Of a stretch of 64,000 bases of DNA, positions 55,469 to 64,000 are shown in pieces; the stretch's first letter is position 1, and every line of letters begins with the position of its first letter. Below the pieces are notes generated by a model. The model saw only the letters and a list, made by a program, of their open reading frames with translations. It made no database searches and had not been told where the DNA came from. Source of the stretch: Acidimicrobiales bacterium (GTDB taxonomy: Bacteria > Actinomycetota > Acidimicrobiia > Acidimicrobiales > Aldehydirespiratoraceae); NCBI GenBank assembly GCA_029247365.1, contig JAQWLJ010000017.1, positions 499 to 64,498 on the forward strand, written 5' to 3'. The position numbers and the translations under genes are program-made.

Positions 55469-55647
55469 GCTGTTGAAGACCAGCTTCCAACCCAACTCCC
55501 GCGCCCCCTTCACCTCAGGCAGCGCCGATGACACATTGCCGCAACGGGTCGGGTGGACGGTCGCCTTCAGGCCGACCGAGATGGGCCAATGAGTTTGCCC
55601 TTCCAACCAACTGTCGTCGCTGCGCCATCAATGCCTAGAGTCCCGGC

Positions 55648-56952
55648 ATGTCTGCCGCAATGAACCCCAGCAAACGTCGGCAGATGGGCCGAAGTTTCCG
55701 CGAGATCCCTCCTTCCTGGATCTTCGGGGGGCTGTCCGCACTGCTCGCCTCTGGCTACGGCGTGCTGTTCACCGTGGTCGCCGATTACCGCGACGCCTAC
55801 GGCATCAGCGAGACATCGATCGGCTGGCTGATCGGACTCGGATTCATTGTGGCGTTCTTCGCCCAGGCCCTGATCGCGCCAATCGGCGACCGGGGCCATG
55901 CCCGCAACCTGATCCGAGCCGGCGTACTGATGAACGTCGTCGGCCTCTTCCTGCTGGGCTTCGGGGAGAACCTCGAAGTGCTGCTCATCGGCCGGGTCAT
56001 TTCTGGGCTTGGCATCGGCACCGCGCTTCCAGCGATCCGCCGCATCGTGATCCTGGCCGACCCCGAAAACCTCGGCGAAAACCTGGGTCGACTCCTCAGC
56101 GCCGACGTGTTCGGTTTTGCCATGGGTCCGGCGCTGTCGGCAATGCTCGTCGGCACGTTCGGCCTGGCCGCGCCCTACCTCGTTGTCGCAGCAGCCACCC
56201 TTGCGATTCTCGCCGTCGCCGAGTCGTTCCATGTCGAGGAGACCATCGACAACAGCGGTCAACGACTGGCCTTCGATCTCCTCAAAACGCGGGTCGTCGC
56301 TGGTGCCGTCGCAATGGGCGCAGGGGTTTTCTTCATGATCGGCGCGTTCGATGCGTTGTGGGACCTCGTCCACGAGGACCTAGGAACTGCCGACTGGATG
56401 CCGAACCTCGGCATCACACTCTTCGCAATCCCTCTCGTCATTTTCGGCCCGTTCAGTGGCCGTCTCAGCCAGCAAGTTGGACCATTCAAGGTCGGTGGGC
56501 TCGGACTGCTCGCCGGCGCGTTCTTCATTTTCGTGTACGGCCAACTGCCCTCGGGTGAATGGATTTTCGCAATTGCAATGGCGCACGCCCTCACCGACGG
56601 CCTCACGGTCTCGGCGTCTGGAGTAGCCGTAGCGATGGCGGTTCCCGAGGAACGACAGTCGGGCGCACAGGGCCTGATCGGCGCCGCCCAGGCGCTTTCA
56701 GGCGGGATCGCTGCGGTTGTGATCGCTTCGGTGTACGAGCAGCAAGGTCGTGCTGCGGCCTACGCAACGGGCGCCATCGGCATGCTGACCTTCACCGCTA
56801 TTGCGATGTGGCTCGGTGTCGACTTCTGGCTGCGCGGCGGCCACCGCCAGGCGCTCGAAGAATCGCTCGACAAGTCAGCAACCGGGTCGGGTGAACCCGA
56901 CGTGGCCACACGAGCAAGGTCAACTCGGCGCCCCCGGCTGCGCCGACCATGA
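55648..56952 (+). CDS. MFS transporter
   Basis: 12-TMS-like hydrophobic profile. Motif-A-like region GDRGHARNLIRAG. Confidence 0.8.
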   Translation: MSAAMNPSKRRQMGRSFREIPPSWIFGGLSALLASGYGVLFTVVADYRDAYGISETSIGWLIGLGFIVAFFAQALIAPIGDRGHARNLIRAGVLMNVVGLFLLGFGENLEVLLIGRVISGLGIGTALPAIRRIVILADPENLGENLGRLLSADVFGFAMGPALSAMLVGTFGLAAPYLVVAAATLAILAVAESFHVEETIDNSGQRLAFDLLKTRVVAGAVAMGAGVFFMIGAFDALWDLVHEDLGTADWMPNLGITLFAIPLVIFGPFSGRLSQQVGPFKVGGLGLLAGAFFIFVYGQLPSGEWIFAIAMAHALTDGLTVSASGVAVAMAVPEERQSGAQGLIGAAQALSGGIAAVVIASVYEQQGRAAAYATGAIGMLTFTAIAMWLGVDFWLRGGHRQALEESLDKSATGSGEPDVATRARSTRRPRLRRP

Positions 56953-56962
56953 GAAGCCGCCC

Positions 56963-58393
56963 GTGACTGCGGCCCCGGCCCCGGCTGCCACCCATCGCAG
57001 CCGCTTCCCGCTGTGGGTTGCCATCGTGGCCGGCGGCACCATCACGTCGATCAGCCTGGGCGTCCGGTCGACGTTCGGGATCCTGCTCGAGCCTATTGCG
57101 GATGGCCTCGACACCCAGACCGGCTCGATCGCAATCGCCGTGGCCGTCCAGAACCTGCTGTGGGGTTTCTCACAACCGATTGCCGGCGCCGCGTCCGACC
57201 GGTTCGGCGCCGCTCGCACACTCGCTGCGGGCGGCGCGCTCTACGTGGTGTCGATGCTCCTGTTGTCACAGGCCAGTTCGCCAACCATGGTGCTGCTATC
57301 CGGCGGCTTTGTCACCGGTGTTGCGATCGGAGCGGCGAGCTTTGCCGTCGTGTTGTCGACCATTGGCAAGATCTCGCCGCCTGAGAAGCGGAGCCTCAAC
57401 CTCGGCATCGTCTCGGCGGTCGGTTCACTCGGACAGTTCGTGCTTGTGCCCGTCACCCGGTGGCATCTCGACCGCAACGACTGGTCCACCACTCTCGTTC
57501 TCCTCGCCATTGTCGCAGGCCTGATCGTGCTCGTCGCTCCCCTCATTGCCAACGTCAAACTGGGATCCAACGACGGCGATGCTGCGACGCGTGTCGACAC
57601 CGAGCCGACCCGCACCCTGCAAAGCGAGCTCCGTCGAGCAAGCCACTGCCGCTCATACCTGATGCTCAACGGCGCCTTCTTCGTCTGCGGGTTCCACGTC
57701 ACATCCATCGGGATCTTCCTGCCCGGCTACGCCGAAGACGGCGGCCTAAGTAGCTCCACCGCGTCGACCGGCTTGGCACTCATCGGCTTGTTCAACGTTG
57801 CCGGCTCGCTGATCGTGGGCGTGCTCGGTCAACGACTGCGGTTCACGACCGTGCTCGCTTGGATCTACGGCCTCCGGGCGGTAGTCATCGCCAGCTACAT
57901 GCTCGTGCCGCTGAGTGGAGCATCAACCATCGTCTTCAGCATGGCGATGGGCCTTCTGTGGTTGGCCACCGTGCCGATGACGTCGGCGATTGTCACCCAG
58001 CAGTTCGGGCCGACCCATGCTGGAGCGCTCTTCGGCATCGTGTTCCTGTCGCATCAGATCGGCTCGTTCATCGGCGCGTTCCTCGGCGGCGAACTCGTCG
58101 ACGCCACCGACTCGTACATCGCGATGTGGTGGATCGGCGTGGCCCTCGGCGTGATCGCCATGGTGTTGCACCTTTTGATCGACGAGTCACCGGCACCCGA
58201 ACCTCCCACTCCCGGTGAGCGCAGCATGCCGATCGTTCCCGCCGGGGTCGGCATCACTCTCGCCGCCGCTGGCGTGGCGGCCGCACTGTCGGTCGCAACA
58301 GCGCCAACGGTTGACGCCAGCGCTGCGGCTCCGAGCAGCTCGGTGCCGGGGTTCTGCGCCCTCCCCTCACCGGTGATAAAAACCGGGACATGA
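56963..58393 (+). CDS. MFS transporter (OFA-like)
   Basis: The GTG at 56963 lies just after the previous stop. SQPIAGAASDRFGAARTL and multiple TM segments. ATGA overlap with the downstream LLM gene. Confidence 0.75.
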   Translation: MTAAPAPAATHRSRFPLWVAIVAGGTITSISLGVRSTFGILLEPIADGLDTQTGSIAIAVAVQNLLWGFSQPIAGAASDRFGAARTLAAGGALYVVSMLLLSQASSPTMVLLSGGFVTGVAIGAASFAVVLSTIGKISPPEKRSLNLGIVSAVGSLGQFVLVPVTRWHLDRNDWSTTLVLLAIVAGLIVLVAPLIANVKLGSNDGDAATRVDTEPTRTLQSELRRASHCRSYLMLNGAFFVCGFHVTSIGIFLPGYAEDGGLSSSTASTGLALIGLFNVAGSLIVGVLGQRLRFTTVLAWIYGLRAVVIASYMLVPLSGASTIVFSMAMGLLWLATVPMTSAIVTQQFGPTHAGALFGIVFLSHQIGSFIGAFLGGELVDATDSYIAMWWIGVALGVIAMVLHLLIDESPAPEPPTPGERSMPIVPAGVGITLAAAGVAAALSVATAPTVDASAAAPSSSVPGFCALPSPVIKTGT

Positions 58394-59415
58394 AAGTAGA
58401 CGGAGGCCTCGGGCTCAGCTCGAACATCGACAAGATCGTCGCCAATGCCAAGGCGCAGGAAGCCGCAGGCTACGACGGCATCTGGACGGCCGAGACAAGT
58501 CACGACCCGTTCCTGCCGCTCGTGCTTGCGGCGGAACACACCGAGAAACTCGAGCTCGGGACGTCGATTGCCGTCGCCTTCGCTCGCAACCCCATGCTGC
58601 TCGCCAACCTTGGCTGGGACCTTCAGGCGCTGAGCGGTGGTCGCTTCAATCTCGGACTTGGCACTCAGATCAAGCCCCACATCACGAAGCGCTTCTCGAT
58701 GGAGTGGAGCAAACCCGCAGCGCGAGCGAAGGAAATGATCTCTGCCATTCGCGCCATCTGGGACACCTGGCTGACCGACGAACCGCTGCGATTCAAGGGC
58801 GAGTTCTATACCCACACCCTGATGACCCCGTTCTTCACCCCCGACAAGGCCGACCTGGCCAAGCACGGCGTTCCCAACATCTGGCTGGCTGGTGTCGGGG
58901 AACTGATGACCCGCACTGCGGGTGAAGTCTGCGACGGCTTCATCGCCCACGGTTTCACCACCGAGCAGTACCTCCGAGACATCACCCTCCCGAACCTCGC
59001 CGAAGGACGCGACCGGGCCGGCAAGACGATGGACGGCTTCATGATTTCGGGACCGTTCTTCGTCGTGTCAGGCCAGAACGAGCAGGAGTTTGATGCCGCG
59101 ATGGCGGCGACAAAACAGCAGATTGCGTTCTACGGGTCAACGCCTGCCTACGCCACGGTGTTCGAGCACCACGGCTGGACCGATCTCCAGCCCCGTCTCA
59201 ACACCTTGTCCAAGCAGGGTGACTGGGTCGGCATGGGCGACCTGATCGACGACGAGATCCTCAACGCGTTCGCAGTCGTCGGTGAGCCGCACGAGATCGC
59301 CCCGGGCCTCAAGCAACGCTACGGCGACATCGTCGACCGCATCTCGTTCTACGCTCCCGGCCAGGGCGACATCAACGCCTACCGCGGCGTGATGGACGAT
59401 CTCCGAGCGATTTGA
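58390..59415 (+). CDS. LLM-class F420-dependent oxidoreductase
   Basis: AAGYDGIWTAETSHDPFLPL... and GRFNLGLGTQIKPHITKRF, typical of the TIGR03617-type luciferase-like family. Confidence 0.82.
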   Translation: MKVDGGLGLSSNIDKIVANAKAQEAAGYDGIWTAETSHDPFLPLVLAAEHTEKLELGTSIAVAFARNPMLLANLGWDLQALSGGRFNLGLGTQIKPHITKRFSMEWSKPAARAKEMISAIRAIWDTWLTDEPLRFKGEFYTHTLMTPFFTPDKADLAKHGVPNIWLAGVGELMTRTAGEVCDGFIAHGFTTEQYLRDITLPNLAEGRDRAGKTMDGFMISGPFFVVSGQNEQEFDAAMAATKQQIAFYGSTPAYATVFEHHGWTDLQPRLNTLSKQGDWVGMGDLIDDEILNAFAVVGEPHEIAPGLKQRYGDIVDRISFYAPGQGDINAYRGVMDDLRAI

Positions 59416-59469
59416 GCACCGGCTACGGCCCGATGAGAACGTTCTAAGCCGACCTGAGCCGAGCCACGG

Positions 59470-60576
59470 TCAGATCGGCCCGGCCTCGTTGTCTGACCGG
59501 ACCTCTGTGTCGATGAGTTGGTAGAACTCGGCCGCGTTGTCAGCGAAGAGGGCTGCTTGCTGACCGTGCGTGAGTCCGGCACTCGCCGAGATCTCGATGA
59601 AGACATCGAACAACTGCACATACGAGATGGAGACCTTGTCCATCGGGAAGTTGCTGGCGAACATGCACCGCTCGGGGCCAAACGTCGAAAGCGCGTTCAG
59701 GATGTGGGGCGCCAGGGTATCGACTAGCTCGGCGCGGCTCGGCCCGTCACCCGCAGCCTGTCGATTGTGGTAGTCAAAGCCGCAGATCGGCATCAGTAGT
59801 CCGCTGAGCTTGCAGTACACGTTGGGGTTGGCCGCAACCTGTTCGAGCCCGGCGTACCAGTCGTCTCGGATGCGCTCACGCTCCGCTGCGGTCTCGCCGA
59901 CACCGCTGAAGGGGCCACCGATCCCAACCGGGGTGCCGATGTGATCGAGCATGATCTTCGTCATCGGGACATCAGCCGCGAGCGCGGCAAGCTCATCGAG
60001 CTGATTCGAGTAGCACCACGCCTCGAAGGTCAGCTGCCGTTCACCGAGAGCCGCAAGCCCGACTCGAGTGCCATCAGAACCAAGCCGCGATGCATCGGTC
60101 CACGTGTGGACTCGCTCGTTGGGGTGCGCGGCCAACGAATCACGGATACCCCGAAGCCGGCCACTGGCGGCGGAGTGGGCATCGAGCTGAACCTGGAGCT
60201 TGTCGACGTCATCGATGACTGCGTGGCCAACGATGGCGAGCGGCGGGTCATCGAGACGGTCGAGCCATCTGGTTTCGCCAACCGGACCAAGGACTCCACG
60301 CGCCGACCAGTCGGCTTCGACGTGCACGATGCCTTGCACGTCGTGATGCCCGACATCGGCGCGGAAGTTGGCCGGCAGGTGGGCGTTCAGGACGTAGTCG
60401 GTGGCTCCGACGAAGTCGACGAGTGGCTGCGGCGTAGCCGAGCGCGCCAGGCGTTCGACGAGCGAAGGCCAGCGTCCGAACAGCTTGACCAGCGGCGACA
60501 CCTGCCGGGGCGTGGTCCGCGGATCCCAGAGATGGACGTGCGGGTCGATGATGCGGTGGCGAGGGGTGCTGGTCAT
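59470..60576 (-). CDS. amidohydrolase family protein (amidohydrolase_2)
   Basis: RIIDPHVHLWDP at the N-terminus and a later MLDHIG motif. Confidence 0.82.
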   Translation of the reverse strand: MTSTPRHRIIDPHVHLWDPRTTPRQVSPLVKLFGRWPSLVERLARSATPQPLVDFVGATDYVLNAHLPANFRADVGHHDVQGIVHVEADWSARGVLGPVGETRWLDRLDDPPLAIVGHAVIDDVDKLQVQLDAHSAASGRLRGIRDSLAAHPNERVHTWTDASRLGSDGTRVGLAALGERQLTFEAWCYSNQLDELAALAADVPMTKIMLDHIGTPVGIGGPFSGVGETAAERERIRDDWYAGLEQVAANPNVYCKLSGLLMPICGFDYHNRQAAGDGPSRAELVDTLAPHILNALSTFGPERCMFASNFPMDKVSISYVQLFDVFIEISASAGLTHGQQAALFADNAAEFYQLIDTEVRSDNEAGPI

Positions 60577-60612
60577 ACGGGACGAGACGGTACGTGGCCC
60601 GCACCAGCGTTG

Positions 60613-61500
60613 CTAGCCGTCCTTTAGCCCGAGTATCCGGCGAGCATTCCCGCTGAGGAACGATTCCCAGCGGTCAGGCCTGATACGGCCGGCCGTTGCG
60701 AGCCCGTCGAGCTCAGCGAAGATTCGGTCGAGCGTCAGAGCCATCGGGAAGTAACCGCCATACATGACCTTCTGGGCGCCGCGAGTGTTGAGGTAATCGA
60801 GGACCGCGGCCGGATAGTGCTTGGGGGCGAACGCCGACGTCGAGACGTGCAGCCCCGGCCACTTGAGCATCAGCTTCACTGCAAGATCAGTCCACGGCTC
60901 AGTCCCGTGGCGCATGACCACCGTGAGCTCCGGAAAGTCGTAACAGACCTGGTCGAAGCGCTCGACGTGCTGGGCCGCCATCGGCACTCGCGGGCCGGGA
61001 ACCCCGGCATTGACGAAGCATGGGAGGCCGAGCTCCACACATGTCGCATAGATCGGGTACGCCGCCGCCGAGTCGACCGGCACCGACGGCACCGGCCCGA
61101 CCGGGAACATCGAGACCGCCCGCGTGCCGAACTCGTCATGCTCATCGCGGATCCGACTGACCGCACCAACGATGTCGAACGGCTCACCCATCGTGCCGAC
61201 GTGGGTTTCGAGCACGAACCGGTCAGGGTGTGCAGCTGCCGCCGCAAGCGCAACGGGCGAGCTCGTGCTGATGAGCCCGACATCGACACCATGCCGGTCC
61301 ATCGCGCCGAGCGTTGCGGCAACCGGTGCATCGGCGCCAGCTGGGATCTCTCGAAACATGTAGTCGGCGCTGTGACCGGTCCCGCGCATCGCGCCTCGAA
61401 CCTGCGGAAGCTCTCGATCGACGCCGGGCACGGCGGCCACGAAGCCGATCATCGTGTCGACGACAGGAATCGAGTCGGGGATTCCGCCCGGACGAGGCAT
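60613..61500 (-). CDS. amidohydrolase family protein (amidohydrolase_2)
   Basis: ATG at 61500 (MPRPGGIPDSIPVVDTMIGF). TVVMRHG...STSAF... The upstream part of the ORF-track entry is antisense to the enoyl-CoA hydratase gene. Confidence 0.75.
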   Translation of the reverse strand: MPRPGGIPDSIPVVDTMIGFVAAVPGVDRELPQVRGAMRGTGHSADYMFREIPAGADAPVAATLGAMDRHGVDVGLISTSSPVALAAAAAHPDRFVLETHVGTMGEPFDIVGAVSRIRDEHDEFGTRAVSMFPVGPVPSVPVDSAAAYPIYATCVELGLPCFVNAGVPGPRVPMAAQHVERFDQVCYDFPELTVVMRHGTEPWTDLAVKLMLKWPGLHVSTSAFAPKHYPAAVLDYLNTRGAQKVMYGGYFPMALTLDRIFAELDGLATAGRIRPDRWESFLSGNARRILGLKDG

Positions 61501-61545
61501 GTGAGGCACGCTAGTCAGCGGCCGAATCAGCAGAGGAAACCGAAC

Positions 61546-62370
61546 ATGCTCCAGAACGAAGCTGGTGAAGACGTCATCCTCGTCAGCCGACCCCGGCCAC
61601 ACACTGCCGTCATCGAGATGAATCGGCCCGAACGCATGAACTCGATGGCATTTGAGCTGATGGTGCCCCTCGCCGAGGCGCTCGACGCAGTCGATGCCGA
61701 CAATGACATCACTTGCGTGGTGCTGACCGGGAGCGGCGATGGGTTCTGCTCGGGAGCCGACACCCGCGACACGATGCCGCCACCGAATATCGACGGCATG
61801 CGCCTGAGTGGCATTGCCAGCCGAGCGATGAGCACCCTGGCCGACCTCGTCCCGCGCCTCCGAAAGATGAACAAGCCGGTCATCGCAGCGATCAACGGCG
61901 CCGCAATCGGCGGTGGCATGTGCCTCACACTCGGCGCCGACATCCGCCTTGCCGGTGAGTCCGCGTACTTCCGGGCTGCCGGCATCAACAATGGCCTCAC
62001 TGCCAACGAACTCGGGCTCTCGTTTCTCCTGCCGCGCTCTGTCGGTGCAACCCACGCATTTGAGTTCATGCTCAGTGGCCGCGACATCGACGCTTCCGAG
62101 GCCGAACGCATGGGTCTGGTGTCGCAAGTTGTCCCCGACGACGAGCTACTCGACACCGCCCTCGACCTCGCCGACCAGATCAACGGTTGGTCGACCCAGG
62201 GTGTCGCGCTCACCAAGCGGCTCATGTGGGCCGGCCTCGAGACCGGCAGCCTCCAGGCTGCGATCGAGATGGAGAGCCACACGCAGCTGTACCTGCGGCT
62301 CACCACCGAGAACTTCCAGGAAGCCACCCGCGCTCGTGCCGAGGGCCGCGCTCCCGACTTCAGGGACTGA
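61546..62370 (+). CDS. enoyl-CoA hydratase/isomerase family protein
   Basis: ATG at 61546. AVIEMNRPERMNSM, VVLTGSGDGFCSGAD and AAINGAAIGGG. Confidence 0.88.
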   Translation: MLQNEAGEDVILVSRPRPHTAVIEMNRPERMNSMAFELMVPLAEALDAVDADNDITCVVLTGSGDGFCSGADTRDTMPPPNIDGMRLSGIASRAMSTLADLVPRLRKMNKPVIAAINGAAIGGGMCLTLGADIRLAGESAYFRAAGINNGLTANELGLSFLLPRSVGATHAFEFMLSGRDIDASEAERMGLVSQVVPDDELLDTALDLADQINGWSTQGVALTKRLMWAGLETGSLQAAIEMESHTQLYLRLTTENFQEATRARAEGRAPDFRD

Positions 62371-62387
62371 CGGCGCTCGTCACCTGG

Positions 62388-63248
62388 TCAGAGCCGGGCC
62401 AGGTGCGCTTCGATGGCGGCGAGCCATCCAGCCCAGTGGGTGAGTTGGGGCGAATGGTAGGCCCCGTCGATGGACACGAACGTGCCGCCGGGGATCGCGC
62501 CGGCCAGCCGAGGGCCATCTGAGACATAGGGCTCGTCAAGTTCACCAGCGAGCACGGTGGTCGGGCATGGAATGTCGCCCAGTTGATGGTCGACGCGATC
62601 GAGGTTGTCCTCGAACAACTGGATCCCAAGCGCCTGCTGTGCCATCGGGTCCATCTGGTTGCGGATGGTCCACTTCTCCTCGATCCACGTCTGCGGAACA
62701 GCGGCATCAATGAGATCGTCTTCGGTTGAACGCGGCGTCGGTGGAGGAATCTGGCCGGGTTCGATGGCTCGAAGGAAGGCGACTGCGGCTTCGCGCCAGT
62801 CGGTGGCTTCGTCGCCAAATGCCCAAGCCGTCGTGTCCATGAGGATCAACGACCGCAGGAGGTCACGGCGGGCCAACGCGAACCGCAGCGCGACCCGGCC
62901 ACCCATCGAGTGGCCGAGGAGGTCGAAGGGCTGATTATCGGGGGCCACGACATCACGAACCCAGGCCAACGTGTCGTCGACAATATGGTCGACCGTGTAC
63001 GTCGATGGGTCGCCAGAGCCTGAAGACCGACCGTGCCCCCGGTGCTCGATCGCAAACACCCGGCGGGTGGCGGCAAGCGCGCCGATGTGCAGTGCGAAGT
63101 CGTGGACCGAACCGGTGTAGCCGTGGAGCAACACCAACGGGGGCCCGGGCGCCTCGCCCCAGACGTCCCACCGAAGCGAGAAGCCCGGAACCTCGTAGCG
63201 CTGAGACAGCTCGGTGGCGGACGGATCGAAGCTCATCAGATCGGGCAT
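62388..63248 (-). CDS. alpha/beta hydrolase
   Basis: PLVLLHGYTGS and nucleophile elbow LLGHSMGG. C-terminal GAYHSPQL. Confidence 0.85.
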   Translation of the reverse strand: MPDLMSFDPSATELSQRYEVPGFSLRWDVWGEAPGPPLVLLHGYTGSVHDFALHIGALAATRRVFAIEHRGHGRSSGSGDPSTYTVDHIVDDTLAWVRDVVAPDNQPFDLLGHSMGGRVALRFALARRDLLRSLILMDTTAWAFGDEATDWREAAVAFLRAIEPGQIPPPTPRSTEDDLIDAAVPQTWIEEKWTIRNQMDPMAQQALGIQLFEDNLDRVDHQLGDIPCPTTVLAGELDEPYVSDGPRLAGAIPGGTFVSIDGAYHSPQLTHWAGWLAAIEAHLARL

Positions 63249-63263
63249 TCGGGTTCGCCTTCG

Positions 63264-64000
63264 TCAGCCTTCATCGACCAACGGCACGACCTGCTCACGG
63301 AACGCGATCAGGCTGTCTGCATACTCGGCCGCGTCGCGGGCACGGAACTTCAGGTGCATCACATTGCACCCGACGGCTCGGGCCGCCCGGATGTCTTCGG
63401 CGAGCCCTTCAGCCCCGCCCTGTAGCCAGTGCATGCCGATCGAGCCATCGTTGGGCGGGTCGCCAAGGAGGTAACCCCACGGCGTCATGTAGCCGATGTC
63501 GAGTGCCACGTCGTCAGATCGGCCGGCGGCGACCGCCGCTTCACGCATGAGTTCGATCGCTTCGGGATACTGCTCCTTGGGCAGACCCATCGGGATGTAG
63601 CCGTCGGCTTGAGCGCCGGTACGGCGCCACGCCGCCTTGCCCGCACCGCCGACCCAGATGGGCAGCTCGGCTTGAGCCGGTTGGGGAGCCACGCCCATAT
63701 CGGTGTACGAGAAAAAGGTGCCCTCGTGTCCAACGTACGCGTCGGCAAACGCACCCCGAACCGCATCGATCGTTTCGTCGAGTCGTTTGCCGCGGGTCCT
63801 GAAATCAATACCCAATGCCTCGAACTCGGCTTCGACGTGGCCGGCGCCTACACCGAGGATGGCCCGTCCACCCGACAGGTGGTCAAGTGTGCCGAATGCC
63901 TTCGCCGTTGCGAGCGGGTGCCGGTATGCGGCGATGAGTACGACCGACAAGAGTCGGGCCTTCTCGGTGTGGGCGGCGAGGTACGACAGCGTCGCCACCG
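63264..64000 (-). CDS. LLM-class flavin/F420-dependent oxidoreductase (5' end beyond the window)
   Basis: TLDHLSGGRAILGVGAGH... is a luciferase-like core. The ORF is open to the window edge. Confidence 0.75.
   Translation of the reverse strand, partial: VATLSYLAAHTEKARLLSVVLIAAYRHPLATAKAFGTLDHLSGGRAILGVGAGHVEAEFEALGIDFRTRGKRLDETIDAVRGAFADAYVGHEGTFFSYTDMGVAPQPAQAELPIWVGGAGKAAWRRTGAQADGYIPMGLPKEQYPEAIELMREAAVAAGRSDDVALDIGYMTPWGYLLGDPPNDGSIGMHWLQGGAEGLAEDIRAARAVGCNVMHLKFRARDAAEYADSLIAFREQVVPLVDEG

Overview
High-GC, Actinomycetota-like chromosomal segment. It is densely packed with about 60 protein genes on both strands, and many neighbours share 4-nt ATGA/GTGA stop-start overlaps. I recognised no rRNA, tRNA, CRISPR array or intact mobile element. 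Most content is core or metabolic. This includes a P450, two acyl-CoA synthetases, a transaminase/omega-amidase pair, an OmpR-type two-component system, surE, an ABC-F ATPase and rarD. It also includes guanine deaminase, an AceE-like E1 enzyme, pirin, several alpha/beta hydrolases and several F420-type enzymes. The right-hand end holds three tandem MFS transporters next to an amidohydrolase, enoyl-CoA hydratase and LLM oxidoreductase catabolic cluster. DNA-repair genes are conspicuous: an ATP-dependent ligase, a UvrD-like helicase with an HRDC domain, and nei. The most unusual locus is a translationally coupled minus-strand operon at 46959..48777. It encodes a photolyase/cryptochrome homolog whose domain order appears circularly permuted and which carries FeS-BCP-like cysteines. 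It also encodes a DUF2256+DUF3253 fusion and a small DUF3039-like zinc-ribbon protein, and a second DUF3039 gene sits directly behind the DNA ligase. The second theme is gene decay. A PHB-depolymerase-type esterase has one in-frame TAA. An AlkA-like glycosylase is broken by frameshifts and a stop, and is masked by an intact antisense ORF. A fold-3 esterase has an internal deletion plus frameshifts. A 5'-truncated DUF222/HNH endonuclease lies next to an MFS gene that lacks a canonical start. A roughly 1-kb lower-GC, repeat-rich stretch (about 48780..49820) contains paired structured repeats flanking a small atypical ORF. All family assignments come from motif recognition by eye and need profile searches to confirm.
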